Origin: Nitrospinota bacterium
GTDB taxonomy: Bacteria > Nitrospinota_A > UBA7883 > JACRGQ01
NCBI GenBank assembly: GCA_029881495.1
Contig: JAOUMJ010000002.1
Location: 2,087 to 66,086, forward strand
Reading direction: 5' to 3'
Length of the DNA stretch: 64,000 nt
Part shown: positions 34,707 through 45,102 of the stretch, in pieces
How the letters are laid out: every line of letters starts with the position of its first letter
Position numbering within the stretch: position 1 is the first letter of the stretch
Translations under genes and position numbers: made by a program
Notes under the pieces: model-generated
The model's database searches: none
Told to the model about the DNA's origin: nothing
Seen by the model: the letters and a program-made list of their open reading frames with translations, nothing else

Positions 34707-35751
34707 TGGTTATTTCTGTTTCGGTAGCGACACGGTTCCTCCCCCCGGTTTTGGCCAGATATAGCGCCTTGTCCGCCCTCTTTACCGTTGAATTTATGTC
34801 GTCGGACTTGGAGAGTTCGCTTACGCCGACGCTGACGGTTACCGGCACCCTCTCACCTCTGACGGTGAATTCCCAATCGTATACCACTCCCCTTATTTTA
34901 TCCGCTATTTGTGCCGCCTCATCAAGCGGCATGCCGTGGCAGATTACGGCGAATTCCTCCCCGCCGTACCTGCATACTGTGCATCGCTCCGTGACCGATT
35001 TTTTCATCTTGTCCGAGACGGCGACTAGAAGCTTATCCCCGATGATATGTCCGAAGGAGTCGTTGAATTTTTTAAAGTGGTCGATATCTATAAGAACAAG
35101 CGAGCATTTATTGTCGTTGGAGACGTATTTAAGCGCTTTTTCCATCGACTCGTTGAACGACCTCCGGTTAAGAAGTTTGGTGAGGGTGTCGATCCTGGCT
35201 TCGGATTGAGATTCCTCAAGTTGCTGGTTGAGATTGTGCAGAAGTTTGTTCGAATCTTCAAGTTTGTTGAGAATGTTCTGGTTCTGTTTGTGTGTTTCGG
35301 CAGTGTCTTTCAGGAGTTGCTGGAGGAGTTCCTTAAGATCGTTGAGCGATTTTGTCTTTTCCGCCTTCTTGCTGAAGTGGCTCAGATTCTCGCCGTAATC
35401 GGAGGTGGATTCGATCCCCGCTATTACTTCCTTGATGGCTTTCAAAAGGATCTCGCCGGCCTTGCTGCTCACCGCCTCCGCTGTGGAAATTTCACCCTGC
35501 ACTTTTTTGGTAAGTTCTTCGTTGAGATCCCGAACGTAGAATTTTTTGTATACCCTTTCCAGGAGGTCTGGCGTGAAATGCGTTCCGGCCTTGATAAGAG
35601 TGTCGACTTCCTTCACTATCTCGTCCTTTGCCCCCTGGAAGTAATCAAAGAACAGGCGGTAGTTGTCGGGGGTCATCTTGATCTTCTTCTCAGTTAGGAA
35701 AGGAAGGAGTTTCTTTACGGTATCGCTGGTACTTGGATATTTCCTAGCCAT
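34699..35751 (-). CDS. diguanylate cyclase (GGDEF) with N-terminal coiled-coil region
   Basis: RYGGEEF active-site motif. An I-site RxxD-like motif upstream. Start taken at MARKYPS, which overlaps the nadK stop. The end overlaps the recN start by 8 nt. Confidence 0.82.
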   Translation of the reverse strand: MARKYPSTSDTVKKLLPFLTEKKIKMTPDNYRLFFDYFQGAKDEIVKEVDTLIKAGTHFTPDLLERVYKKFYVRDLNEELTKKVQGEISTAEAVSSKAGEILLKAIKEVIAGIESTSDYGENLSHFSKKAEKTKSLNDLKELLQQLLKDTAETHKQNQNILNKLEDSNKLLHNLNQQLEESQSEARIDTLTKLLNRRSFNESMEKALKYVSNDNKCSLVLIDIDHFKKFNDSFGHIIGDKLLVAVSDKMKKSVTERCTVCRYGGEEFAVICHGMPLDEAAQIADKIRGVVYDWEFTVRGERVPVTVSVGVSELSKSDDINSTVKRADKALYLAKTGGRNRVATETEITNA

Positions 35752-36631
35752 TTGGTTTTGACGAGCCTCCCCATCCGAGTTTGCTACGCAAGGTATCAAA
35801 ATGCGTCCTTCCTGGAACCTTGACAAGCCGGGTGATCTTTTCCGAGCATGAGATAGTCAGATGGTCATGTTCCTGTATATCGATGCTCTCCTGACCGTCC
35901 AGGGTGGCGATGATCGTTTCCTGCCCTTCATGCAGGTCAACCTCTATGACGAAATTGCCGGGTACAACGAGAGGGCGGTTCGAAAGCGTGTGAGGGCAGA
36001 TGGGGCATATGACAAGCGCGTCGAGGGTGGGGTAGAGGATCGGACCTCCGGCGCTAAGGGCGTACGCGGTGGAGCCGGTGGGGCTTGATATAATCAGTCC
36101 ATCCGCCTTGTAATCGGTAACGTATTCCTTGTTTACGGTGATGGAGAGTTCAATCATCTTGGCGATATTTTTCCTTGAGAGCACCACGTCGTTCAAAGCG
36201 ACCAGGTTGATGGAATCCTTGTCGCTCTCGACGGTCACGTTCACCATTAGCCGGTTCTCGATGTCGAAATCGCCATGTTTCAGCTTTTCCAGGGCACGCT
36301 CCATTTCTTCATAGGCGACCTCGGTGATGAATCCAAGACTTCCAAGGTTTACGCCGAGTAGAGGCACTGAATGGTTGGTCGCCATCCTTGCGGAGGCAAG
36401 GAGCGTACCATCCCCTCCAAGGATAAGGAGTACGTCTACCGAATCGAGAAGTGTGGAGTGTTCCACCCCTTTTTCCTTTACGATCTTTCCGGTTGTTCTG
36501 TCGGTCAGGATCTCCACCCCGTTTTTAGCCCCCCATTCCATGACGCGGGCAATGGCCTGAGGAGCGAGCGGACTTTTCGGTTTCACGATGATACCGATGG
36601 ATTTGACAGGTTTATTTTTCATGTTTTTCAA
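35744..36631 (-). CDS. nadK: NAD+ kinase
   Basis: GGDGT(L) motif LGGDGTLLASARM. NAD kinase C-terminal beta domain. 295 aa. Confidence 0.9.
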   Translation of the reverse strand: MKNMKNKPVKSIGIIVKPKSPLAPQAIARVMEWGAKNGVEILTDRTTGKIVKEKGVEHSTLLDSVDVLLILGGDGTLLASARMATNHSVPLLGVNLGSLGFITEVAYEEMERALEKLKHGDFDIENRLMVNVTVESDKDSINLVALNDVVLSRKNIAKMIELSITVNKEYVTDYKADGLIISSPTGSTAYALSAGGPILYPTLDALVICPICPHTLSNRPLVVPGNFVIEVDLHEGQETIIATLDGQESIDIQEHDHLTISCSEKITRLVKVPGRTHFDTLRSKLGWGGSSKPNG

Positions 36632-36642
36632 TTATCTCATTT

Positions 36643-37617
36643 TTAGGGGGCTAGAAGCGAAAGAATCCATTCCGCGCTTTCAGCAAACTCGTCTATTTTC
36701 ACTATGTTTGATTTTACATAATCGAAGGTATTCGGTACATATTTCAGGAAAAAGGGATTTTTCCTCGATTCAGCCTGGAAGCCGAATGTGCCGAGCGCCT
36801 TGATATTGCGCTGAAGCGAGATCCTGATGAGGTTTTTTGCTATGTTGACACCCTTTACGGGATTTCCCTCCTCACTGTTCAGCTTTTCAATGTAATATGC
36901 GGCGAGCCTGTTTCGTATACCGTCATCAAGCCTGACGTAGCTGTCGAACAGAAGGGAGACGAGGTCGTACTGTGCCGGGCCCATCATGGCATCCTGAAAA
37001 TCGAGGATGAAATAATTACCATCCTTGATCATGATATTGCGTGAATGATAATCCCTGTGGGAGAAAACAAGCGGCTCTTCCTCAAGCGGGGTTACAAGTT
37101 TCAGGAACCAGTCGGTCAGCTTTCTGTCTTCCTCCGGCGAGAGGTTCTTTTTCAAATGGCCGATGATGAACCACTTTTTCGCATGTTCAAGCTCATACAT
37201 GTACTTTGCAGTATCGAATTTCCTGGTTGTAGCCGGATTCCCGATTGCCAGTGAGGATGTGCAGTGCACCTGCATTTTCACGAGGATATCTATTACGTTC
37301 ATATAGTGTCGCGTAATTTCATCGGCGCTGGCGGATGTCAAGGCCCCTTCAAGGAGGAGGTCACCGCAGTCGTCGAGGTAGATCTCCCCTTCGGCGGGGC
37401 GTTTCCCGAAAATTTCCGGGACCGGAACGCCGCAATCGTGCAGGTACTCCCGAAGTATCAGAAAGTCGTTTTCAGCTTCGATGAAAGGGGCCGGGAGTTT
37501 CATAAGTATCATGGTTTTCGGCAAGTGGGCCGGATCGTCGAAGTTCAACCGGAAATATTCCCTCGTGGAGGCGTCGCCCTGAAGTTTTATAATGGAGCGG
37601 TTTGTAGGAATTTCCAT
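36643..37617 (-). CDS. aminoglycoside-phosphotransferase-fold kinase (AmgK/MurNAc-GlcNAc anomeric kinase-like)
   Basis: APH-family Brenner motif HRDYHSRNIMI and DFQD metal site. 324 aa. Lies in a cell-envelope operon. Confidence 0.65.
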   Translation of the reverse strand: MEIPTNRSIIKLQGDASTREYFRLNFDDPAHLPKTMILMKLPAPFIEAENDFLILREYLHDCGVPVPEIFGKRPAEGEIYLDDCGDLLLEGALTSASADEITRHYMNVIDILVKMQVHCTSSLAIGNPATTRKFDTAKYMYELEHAKKWFIIGHLKKNLSPEEDRKLTDWFLKLVTPLEEEPLVFSHRDYHSRNIMIKDGNYFILDFQDAMMGPAQYDLVSLLFDSYVRLDDGIRNRLAAYYIEKLNSEEGNPVKGVNIAKNLIRISLQRNIKALGTFGFQAESRKNPFFLKYVPNTFDYVKSNIVKIDEFAESAEWILSLLAP

Positions 37618-37620
37618 ATT

Positions 37621-38922
37621 TTAGCTTTTCACGCTCTCTTTATTTCTTATGAGTTTTGATATCTCTATAAAACTGTTTTTCAAGGCTCCCCGGTTGTTCA
37701 GTATGGTCTCATAACCGGCAAGTCCAGCTCTTTTCCTTTCAGGTTCGTCCTTTAGAAGCCTTTCAATTTCGGTTTCCAGCTCTTTTATGTCTGCCGTTTC
37801 GAAAGCGGCTCCAGCATCTATCAGCTGAGGGGTAATGGTTCTGAAGTTTTCCATATGCGGGCCGAACAGAACAGGGATCTTCCATGAAGAGGCCTCAAGC
37901 GGATTCTGTCCGCCGTGAGGGATGAAACTCCCTCCTATCACCGCAATATCGGTTGCGCCGTAGAGGTTTCCCAGTTCCCCTATCGTGTCGAGGAGGAGAA
38001 GTGTATCCGGCTTTTCCCTGTTCGATCGTCTCGCCGGATAGATGCCGACCGTTTTGCATATATCCGATATTTCATCCGCTCTGTTCGGGTGGCGGGGCGC
38101 GATGATTGCGAAAAGAGCGTTTATCTTTTCACGAAGCCTCAGGAAGGCCTCAAGTAGAGGGCGATCCTCGCCTGAATGAGTGCTTGAATAAATAATTACC
38201 GGGACATCCAGCGGTATCTGGAACTCCCGGCGAATCTCTTCCCTGCTGTGCACCTTCTGGAGTGACTGGTCGAATTTCATGTTTCCGCAAACTTTTACAG
38301 TTTCGGGTCTTGCCCCAAGTATGACTATCTTTTCAAGATCTTTTTGCGACTGCATCAGGAGGAGAGTAATTGAAGAGATATATGGCGCGATAAATATCCT
38401 TGCTTTCATATAGCGCGTCATCGACCTATCGGAGATCCTGCCGTTCACCAGCACGGTCGCAACACCTCTATTGCGGCATTGATGGAGGAAGTTCGGCCAT
38501 ATTTCCGTTTCGAAGAATATGAAAGTTGCCGGGTCGATGTGCCGAAGCGAGGCTTTCACGGCGAAGGGGAAATCGTATGGGAAGTGAATTATGTTAAGCC
38601 TGCCAGGATTTTCATCCATCTGTCTTTTGAGTTTTGAGCGGGCCAATCCCATCCCTGTGGATGTGCTTGCCGAGAAGGTTATCGTCTTGTCCTTATACTC
38701 CCTGAGGAGCGTATCTATCAGCGGTATCGATACGTTCGTTTCACCCACGGAGACGGCATGTACCCAAATCCCGCCGCCGGGCGGAGGGGGGCTTTTGATA
38801 AATCCCATCTTCTCGCGAAGACTGTCGGCACTCTCTTTCCCTATCGCAACGCGATATATGAAATATGGAAGGATAAAGGGGAGGAGTATGAGAAGAAGGA
38901 GGTTGTAGAAAAAGTGAATCAT
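37621..38922 (-). CDS. waaA: 3-deoxy-D-manno-octulosonic acid (Kdo) transferase
   Basis: N-terminal glycosyltransferase domain with HAVSVGE. GT-B C-terminal domain. 433 aa. Confidence 0.88.
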   Translation of the reverse strand: MIHFFYNLLLLILLPFILPYFIYRVAIGKESADSLREKMGFIKSPPPPGGGIWVHAVSVGETNVSIPLIDTLLREYKDKTITFSASTSTGMGLARSKLKRQMDENPGRLNIIHFPYDFPFAVKASLRHIDPATFIFFETEIWPNFLHQCRNRGVATVLVNGRISDRSMTRYMKARIFIAPYISSITLLLMQSQKDLEKIVILGARPETVKVCGNMKFDQSLQKVHSREEIRREFQIPLDVPVIIYSSTHSGEDRPLLEAFLRLREKINALFAIIAPRHPNRADEISDICKTVGIYPARRSNREKPDTLLLLDTIGELGNLYGATDIAVIGGSFIPHGGQNPLEASSWKIPVLFGPHMENFRTITPQLIDAGAAFETADIKELETEIERLLKDEPERKRAGLAGYETILNNRGALKNSFIEISKLIRNKESVKS

Positions 38923-39590
38923 GACGGGAAGGACGAGGCCGCGGTTTCCGTCAGCCGGTTCAGTTCGTTTTCCAGCTCAAGATTATTTCTCATGAGCTCC
39001 TCCGAGTCGGCCTTGTTGTCGATGTATATCGGGCTTCCAACGGCGACGGTTATCCTTGTGAAAGGGTAGGGGAAAAGGGTCTTGTCCCAGGTTCTCAGCC
39101 TCTTTCCTTTCTCCGCTTCATACGCGATAGGTACGATAGGCAATCCGGTGAGTTTGGCCAGGAAGACCGAGCCGGGCTGTGATTTTCTCGCGGGGCCGCG
39201 CGAACCGTCCGCCACCATTGAAGCGGCGGCTCCCTGCTCGCGTTCCTTTTTGAGCCTTCGCGCCATGCCAAGGAGGGAGCTTCGAGGATTCTCGTGTGTC
39301 GACCCTCTCACGGTGAAAAATCCAAGGAGGCGCAACATGCCGTCCATGATATCTCCGTCGGAACTTGGGGAGACGAGGACGTAAAACCTCTTTCGCCATC
39401 TGAGGTGAAAAGGGACGTAAAAGAGGTGGCAATGCCACAAGGCAACGATGCAGCCGTTCTTGAGCATGAAATCGTTGTTCTCTTTCCCGATTATCCTTAT
39501 CCTTTGCGTATATCCGCAAAAGAGCATCATGAGAAAAATGATGAACGGTGCGATATACCCCTGAAGGGCTCTTTTAAGCAGTCGTTTCAC
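38919..39590 (-). CDS. DUF374 lysophospholipid-acyltransferase-like protein
   Basis: DUF374 family with the HCH..Y..S.DGD motif block (ALWHCHLFY..SPSSDGD). Overlaps waaA by 4 nt, the classical waaA-DUF374 pairing. Confidence 0.75.
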   Translation of the reverse strand: MKRLLKRALQGYIAPFIIFLMMLFCGYTQRIRIIGKENNDFMLKNGCIVALWHCHLFYVPFHLRWRKRFYVLVSPSSDGDIMDGMLRLLGFFTVRGSTHENPRSSLLGMARRLKKEREQGAAASMVADGSRGPARKSQPGSVFLAKLTGLPIVPIAYEAEKGKRLRTWDKTLFPYPFTRITVAVGSPIYIDNKADSEELMRNNLELENELNRLTETAASSFPS

Positions 39591-39609
39591 TTGTCGATGT
39601 TATTCCGGG

Positions 39610-40368
39610 CTATTTATCCGAAATTTTATCAGCAATGGTTTTGACGGCGGTTATCATGTCCATCGGGATGGGGAACAGCGTGACGGAGTTGTTCTCCGAG
39701 GCTATTTCCCTGAGAGTCTGAAGGTATCTCAGCTGTATGGAAACCGGGTGGCCTCCCATGATATCTGCCGCCTCCCGAAGTTTGTGGGATGCCTGCAGTT
39801 CACCTTCCGCGTTTATGACCTTCGCGCGCCTCTCCCTTTCGGCTTCCGCCTGCTTGGCCATCGCCCTTTTCATCTCCTGCGGGAGGTCGACATGTTTTAT
39901 GGAAACAGAGGATACCTTGATACCCCAAGGGTCTGTCTGCATGTCGAGCACTTCCTGTATGCGCGAATTTATCTTCTCCATTTCGGAGAGAACTTCATCT
40001 AGTTCGGACTGTCCCATTATCGCGCGAAGGGTGGTTTGCGCCAGCTGGGAGGTGTTGTAATGGTAGTCTTCCACCTTGATGATGGCCTTTTCCGCTTCCA
40101 TTACGCGGTACATGACAACCGCGTTAACCTTTATTGAGACGTTGTCCTTCGTGATGATGTCCTGCGGCGGCACGTCGAGCGCGACAATTCTCATATCGAC
40201 CCTTTGCATGGTCTGGAGTACAGGGATCAGTATCTTGATACCCTTTGTATAGGTGGCAAAATACCTTCCGAGCATGAAAACCACCCCCCTTTCGTACTCC
40301 ATGATTATCTTGATGGAGCTCGCAAGGAGCATCAGAACTATCAGTGCCAGGGCGTATAGGGAAATCAT
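39610..40368 (-). CDS. SPFH/band-7 (stomatin-like) membrane protein
   Basis: N-terminal TM plus SPFH core ([29 protein letters not shown]..) and C-terminal coiled coil. Confidence 0.85.
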   Translation of the reverse strand: MISLYALALIVLMLLASSIKIIMEYERGVVFMLGRYFATYTKGIKILIPVLQTMQRVDMRIVALDVPPQDIITKDNVSIKVNAVVMYRVMEAEKAIIKVEDYHYNTSQLAQTTLRAIMGQSELDEVLSEMEKINSRIQEVLDMQTDPWGIKVSSVSIKHVDLPQEMKRAMAKQAEAERERRAKVINAEGELQASHKLREAADIMGGHPVSIQLRYLQTLREIASENNSVTLFPIPMDMITAVKTIADKISDK

Positions 40369-40462
40369 TTATACTTCTCCTCCAGGGTTTCTCTTCTTTT
40401 ATGTATCATACTTCAATTGGCTGGCGTTAAAAAGGAGCCTTTTCCAATTGCCGAAATCGGGA

Positions 40463-41125
40463 CTATTCTATCTTTTTCTGCAATACCATATTGTAAAAAC
40501 CGTCGCTGTTTTCGGAAATGCCAGTAATGGAAAAATATCGGCTGAAGATGGCAATTAGCTCCTTTCTCGACGAAAATCTGTCGTAATGGCCGTGGTGGCA
40601 GGCGTACCCATTCTTGTAGGTTTTTCCGTTTGCGTGCCGGAATTTTCGGCTGAAACATGTGAGGATAATATACCCCCCCGGCACGAGGAGAGAAAAAAGG
40701 AAATTCAGGAATACCTTTGTATCTTTTCTGCGAATATGGTGAAAAACGCCGTAGTCTATCACCAGGCCGAAACTATTCTCCTTGACGGGGATGCGAAAGA
40801 TATCTCCAAGAATATATAAAACACCCTTCCCCTTTCTTCTGCCGGCGTTTTTCAAGGCGGTCTCCTGCATGTCAATCCCGATAACCTTAAAACCGTTCTC
40901 CGAAAGGTACGAAGAGTGTCTCCCTTCGCCGCATCCGAGGTCTAGCGCAATTCTATTAGGGAGTTTTTGTGCGATCTCCTTCAGCGATTTTTGCAGGTTC
41001 CCTGACGGTTTTCCGTCAACGGACCAGGGGGTATGCCCGGTTTTATAGGCATTTTCGTAAAAATTGTTCTGACTGCGGTAAAGCTTTTCTTCCGAAAGTT
41101 TTGTCAGCCCTGCTTTTAACATCAA
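40463..41125 (-). CDS. class I SAM-dependent methyltransferase
   Basis: Motif I ALDLGCGEGRHS. Motif post-I KVIGIDM. Confidence 0.75.
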   Translation of the reverse strand: MMLKAGLTKLSEEKLYRSQNNFYENAYKTGHTPWSVDGKPSGNLQKSLKEIAQKLPNRIALDLGCGEGRHSSYLSENGFKVIGIDMQETALKNAGRRKGKGVLYILGDIFRIPVKENSFGLVIDYGVFHHIRRKDTKVFLNFLFSLLVPGGYIILTCFSRKFRHANGKTYKNGYACHHGHYDRFSSRKELIAIFSRYFSITGISENSDGFYNMVLQKKIE

Positions 41126-41436
41126 TATCCTAACCTGAAAATATGTTGTGCTTAGTTACACTTTTCATTTTGCAATTTTGTTTCAAAGAGAGCAACCAAG
41201 TCAACCCAAACGGGTCTTTTTTAATGTAAAATGCGCCATACGAATAAAAATTTAACTGACAATGAAAACCGGGGGGGCAAGTTGCGGCATTTGAAATTCC
41301 GTAATGGAATAAACTTGGGAATGATCACAACTCCATTCGGACTGACAGTTCTTGGTGAGCGAACGGTTTTAAGGAACAGTAGCGTTCAATGCAATGTATC
41401 CACTAATGGTTTTCAAATGAATGAAGTGGATGTTGC

Positions 41437-43077
41437 ATGGTGAATCCTTTGTTTGGCATTGGGACAGACAATGCAGAGAAGCGTTTCGAAAAAATGTTCG
41501 GCCTTGTTAAAGATATTGGCGCGCTGAATCATGTCAGAAACAGGGATCTGCGTCATGTCATGCAGGAAGCCGCCAGGCTATTTGTAGAAAATGGCATAGC
41601 TGAATTTTGCTCCATTCTTTTCTGTCCCTCCCCTGTATCCTGTTTCAACCGCGTATTTGCCGTGAGGGATCGCAACGGCGGGGTTACCACGGAAATTTTC
41701 ACAGACCGCATCTCGGTTGAAGATTCCCCTTTCCTGCTGAAAATGATGGAGGATGGGGTCCCGGTGTTTATCGATTCGATCGGTGATATTGAGCGGGAAG
41801 CCAGGATCAACATGATCGTGCCGGAAGGTTACAACTCCCTCTTTAGCATACCGGTCACATCCAATTCTGATACGTTCCTGTCTCTTACTTTCGGATATTC
41901 CGAAAAAAGATCAAAACCTGAAGAAAGCGAGATGGATTTCCTTGTTCATCTGGCACACCAGATCTCTGATATCCAGGCGATACAGTATTCGGACGAGCTT
42001 TTCCAAAACTATGAAATGGAATACCGTGAGCTTTTTGAAAATTCGGCTGACGTTGTCATCAAGATTAACGCTCAAGGGGAGATCGAGGATATAAACTCGC
42101 AGTTTACCGCGGAGACTGGTCTGGACGCCGGGGACTGGATAGGAAAACCGATATCGTCACTTTTCACCGGCGTTGAAAACGCCGGGTATGAGATATTCAG
42201 GAAAAATATGGACCGCTTTTCCGGCCTTGAATGCGTGTTGAACGGCAACAGAGAACAGAAATTTTATCTCCTCTCTTCGTGGCCAAGATTCAACAGCGAG
42301 GGGAAAATGATCGGAAACTGGATAGCGGCACGTGATCTGACCGAGAGGAAAAAAAAGGAGATGGATCTCCTCAGGCTGAAAGAAAAGGCGGAGGCGGCCA
42401 ACTTCTCAAAACTCTCTCTGCTGAATAACGTCTCGCACGAATTGAAAACCCCTCTGACTTCAATCATCGGTTTTGGCAAGCTGATTTCATGCAATGAAAA
42501 GATCGATACGAAGGTGAGAGAGCAGGCCGCGATAGTCGAGAAGGAGGGGAAGGATCTCCTGACCATCATTAACAGTCTGCTGGATGTGGCAAGCGCTGAA
42601 AAGGAGTGGGGAGAATTAAAACACACAAGGATACAGCTGGGAAAATTCCTTAAATTCATTGCCAACGGCGGCAAACGTGGAGTGCTTGAAATTTCCATTG
42701 ATAATGATCTGCCTGAAACGATCATTGCTGACGAGAAAAAACTAATGATCGTGCTGGATCAGCTTGTGGATAATGCTTTCAAATTCTCGATGGGGAAGAA
42801 GGTATCGCTAACCGCCAGGAAATCGGAAGGCGACATTGTCTTTTCAGTAAAGGATGACGGCGTAGGGATAGAAGAGAAAAACCTGGAACGCGTTTTCGAA
42901 CATTTCGTGCAGGAAGACAGCGGATTATCACGGGAGTTTGAAGGGATGGGCCTCGGCCTTCCGCTTGCCAAGACGGCGGTACTGGCGATGGGTGGGAGGA
43001 TTTGGGTCGACAGCATTAAAGGGGAGGGGAGCACCTTCCATTTTGCCATTCCGTTTGTTACGGCAACTGCCGAATAG
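41437..43077 (+). CDS. cytoplasmic sensor histidine kinase (GAF-like plus PAS plus HisKA plus HATPase)
   Basis: H-box LNNVSHELKTPLTSIIGF. N box (DNAFKFS), G1 (KDDGVGI) and G2 (GMGLGL) boxes. No TM segments or REC domain. Confidence 0.85.
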   Translation: MVNPLFGIGTDNAEKRFEKMFGLVKDIGALNHVRNRDLRHVMQEAARLFVENGIAEFCSILFCPSPVSCFNRVFAVRDRNGGVTTEIFTDRISVEDSPFLLKMMEDGVPVFIDSIGDIEREARINMIVPEGYNSLFSIPVTSNSDTFLSLTFGYSEKRSKPEESEMDFLVHLAHQISDIQAIQYSDELFQNYEMEYRELFENSADVVIKINAQGEIEDINSQFTAETGLDAGDWIGKPISSLFTGVENAGYEIFRKNMDRFSGLECVLNGNREQKFYLLSSWPRFNSEGKMIGNWIAARDLTERKKKEMDLLRLKEKAEAANFSKLSLLNNVSHELKTPLTSIIGFGKLISCNEKIDTKVREQAAIVEKEGKDLLTIINSLLDVASAEKEWGELKHTRIQLGKFLKFIANGGKRGVLEISIDNDLPETIIADEKKLMIVLDQLVDNAFKFSMGKKVSLTARKSEGDIVFSVKDDGVGIEEKNLERVFEHFVQEDSGLSREFEGMGLGLPLAKTAVLAMGGRIWVDSIKGEGSTFHFAIPFVTATAE

Positions 43078-43205
43078 CCTTGCCGGCTATCCTCTCTATT
43101 CTTCGAATCCCGATATCTGATAAGATTGTATCAGCAGAAAAGGATTGGCGTTTCGATTAGTAAAGTGATTAACAATCCCCTTTTCTGTTTAAGGGGTTTC
43201 CCTCC

Positions 43206-44567
43206 ATGAGCAGATCGGTTTTGATTTCGTTATCATTGATAGCGGTAGCAGTGATTTGCCACGCGCTCGGCATTTATTCGGGCTGGTGGGGGATCACAAA
43301 AGCCGAATCGATATCATTTACCATCCTTGCGATAACCGCCATCTTCTGGATAAGTGAAACCGTACCGCTGTTTGTCACGAGCTTTCTGATAATTGCGTTG
43401 CAGACAGTTTGGCTCCTCCCCGCCATCAATGAAGGGGGAAAGGATATATCCGGCCAGATGTTCCTCACGCCGTTCTTTTCGGATATTATCCTGCTGTTCC
43501 TGGGGGGATTCGTCCTCTCCGCAATGCTGCACAAATTCAATCTGGACCAGCGCATAGCCAAATGGATACTGGCGCGTTCAGGGGGGGAGCCGTCCATACT
43601 CCTTCTGTCAGTTATCGTTATCTCCTCCTTTTTCTCGGCCTGGATGAGCAACACCGCGACCGCCGCCATGATGTTCGCCATTATCCTGCCGATCCTGAAT
43701 GATCTGCCAAAGGGTTCCGTTTTTCCTGTCGCGCTTTCCCTCTCAATTCCCTTCGCTTGCAATCTTGGCGGACTGGCAACGCCGATAGGCACTCCGCCGA
43801 ACGCCATCGCTTTAAGCTATCTTGCGAAACAGGGTGTAGAGATATCCTTTGCATTTTGGATGGTACTTGCCATACCGCTTGTACTCCTTTTAATGTTTCT
43901 CCTTTGGCGCGCGCTGATGTGGCTCTTTCCTCCGGAGGGCGAAAAGCTCTCTCTTAGCGCCATCGACGTGGAAAGGCTGTCGCCGAAACATTATTCGGTT
44001 ATTGCGATATTTTCCATTACCTGCCTCGGGTGGCTTACCACCGACCTGCATGGCCTTTCCACAGGGATGGTCGGCATTTTTCCGGTCATCGCGACCTTCG
44101 GCTTCCGGCTTTTGAACACGCGCGATTTCAGAACCCTTTCATGGGATGTGCTGATAATGCTCGGCGGCGGTCTTTCGCTGGGGGTCGGATTGGAGCAGAG
44201 CGGTCTTGTGGGGGAGATCATCAAGGTAGTGCCGGACAGCATGCCTCTGTGGGGCTTGCTCGCGGTTATTGCCTTTATCGCGCTACTTATGTCCACCTTC
44301 ATCAGCAATACGGCGACTGCCAATCTGCTTATCCCAGTGGCTGTATCCATTTCTTCCGGTTCGGCTCTCCACGCGCTGGTAGTTGCGATGGCGTGCAGTG
44401 GAGCAATGGCGCTCCCGGTAAGTTCGCCGCCGAATGCCATTGCCTTCGGTTCGGGAACTATCACCTCACGCCAGATGTTTCTAGCCGGAGGGCTGATAAG
44501 CCTGTTAACGCTTGCTGTCCTCTTGCTGGCGGGCGTATTCTATTGGGAGATGCTCGGCATCAAATAA
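43206..44567 (+). CDS. DASS/SLC13-type anion:Na+ symporter (ArsB/NhaD permease superfamily)
   Basis: Duplicated hairpin motifs SAWMSNTATAAMM and TPIGTPPNAIA / SSPPNAIAFG. 453 aa polytopic. Confidence 0.8.
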   Translation: MSRSVLISLSLIAVAVICHALGIYSGWWGITKAESISFTILAITAIFWISETVPLFVTSFLIIALQTVWLLPAINEGGKDISGQMFLTPFFSDIILLFLGGFVLSAMLHKFNLDQRIAKWILARSGGEPSILLLSVIVISSFFSAWMSNTATAAMMFAIILPILNDLPKGSVFPVALSLSIPFACNLGGLATPIGTPPNAIALSYLAKQGVEISFAFWMVLAIPLVLLLMFLLWRALMWLFPPEGEKLSLSAIDVERLSPKHYSVIAIFSITCLGWLTTDLHGLSTGMVGIFPVIATFGFRLLNTRDFRTLSWDVLIMLGGGLSLGVGLEQSGLVGEIIKVVPDSMPLWGLLAVIAFIALLMSTFISNTATANLLIPVAVSISSGSALHALVVAMACSGAMALPVSSPPNAIAFGSGTITSRQMFLAGGLISLLTLAVLLLAGVFYWEMLGIK

Positions 44568-44582
44568 ACAGGGAGAAGGAAA

Positions 44583-44906
44583 TTGGAAATTCACCGTCAA
44601 ACATGCCAGAAATGCGGAAGCCGGGAGATGCGCAACCTGCTTGCGCGCGCCGTGGGGGAGAGCGACAAGGTTTTCGTGCAGTGCGTCAAGTGCGGAGAGC
44701 TTGTGGCGCGGTACACGATAGGGCAGGGTGGGTATTACCATCACGGCAAGGGCTATGAGAGCTATCTGCGGAGCCTGAACCGCGGCGGAGATTACGAAAG
44801 CACGCGCGATATGAATAACGCGTTCAATACGATCGTAGAGAGCTGTGAAAAGGAGTTTGCTGAAATACTGAAACATCTTGAGGAAAAGGAACGGAAAGGT
44901 GGCTGA
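44583..44906 (+). CDS. small C4 zinc-ribbon protein (107 aa)
   Basis: CQKCG...CVKCG pair. Starts 16 nt after the transporter stop. Confidence 0.5.
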   Translation: MEIHRQTCQKCGSREMRNLLARAVGESDKVFVQCVKCGELVARYTIGQGGYYHHGKGYESYLRSLNRGGDYESTRDMNNAFNTIVESCEKEFAEILKHLEEKERKGG

Positions 44907-45102
44907 ATCAGGCTCGACATTTTGCGGGACTATTGGGAAGTGATATAGTGCAGGGATAGTTGCAATTGCAATTAAACAGACCAATTCGAACCGTTTGTAT
45001 ATCAGAGGTGAGGTGAAGCATCTTGAATTAAAACAGGCACCTACGAAAATCTAAGATACGGCATTTCCAATTTCAATTTGACCGCATAGGAGGTTATGCA
45101 GA

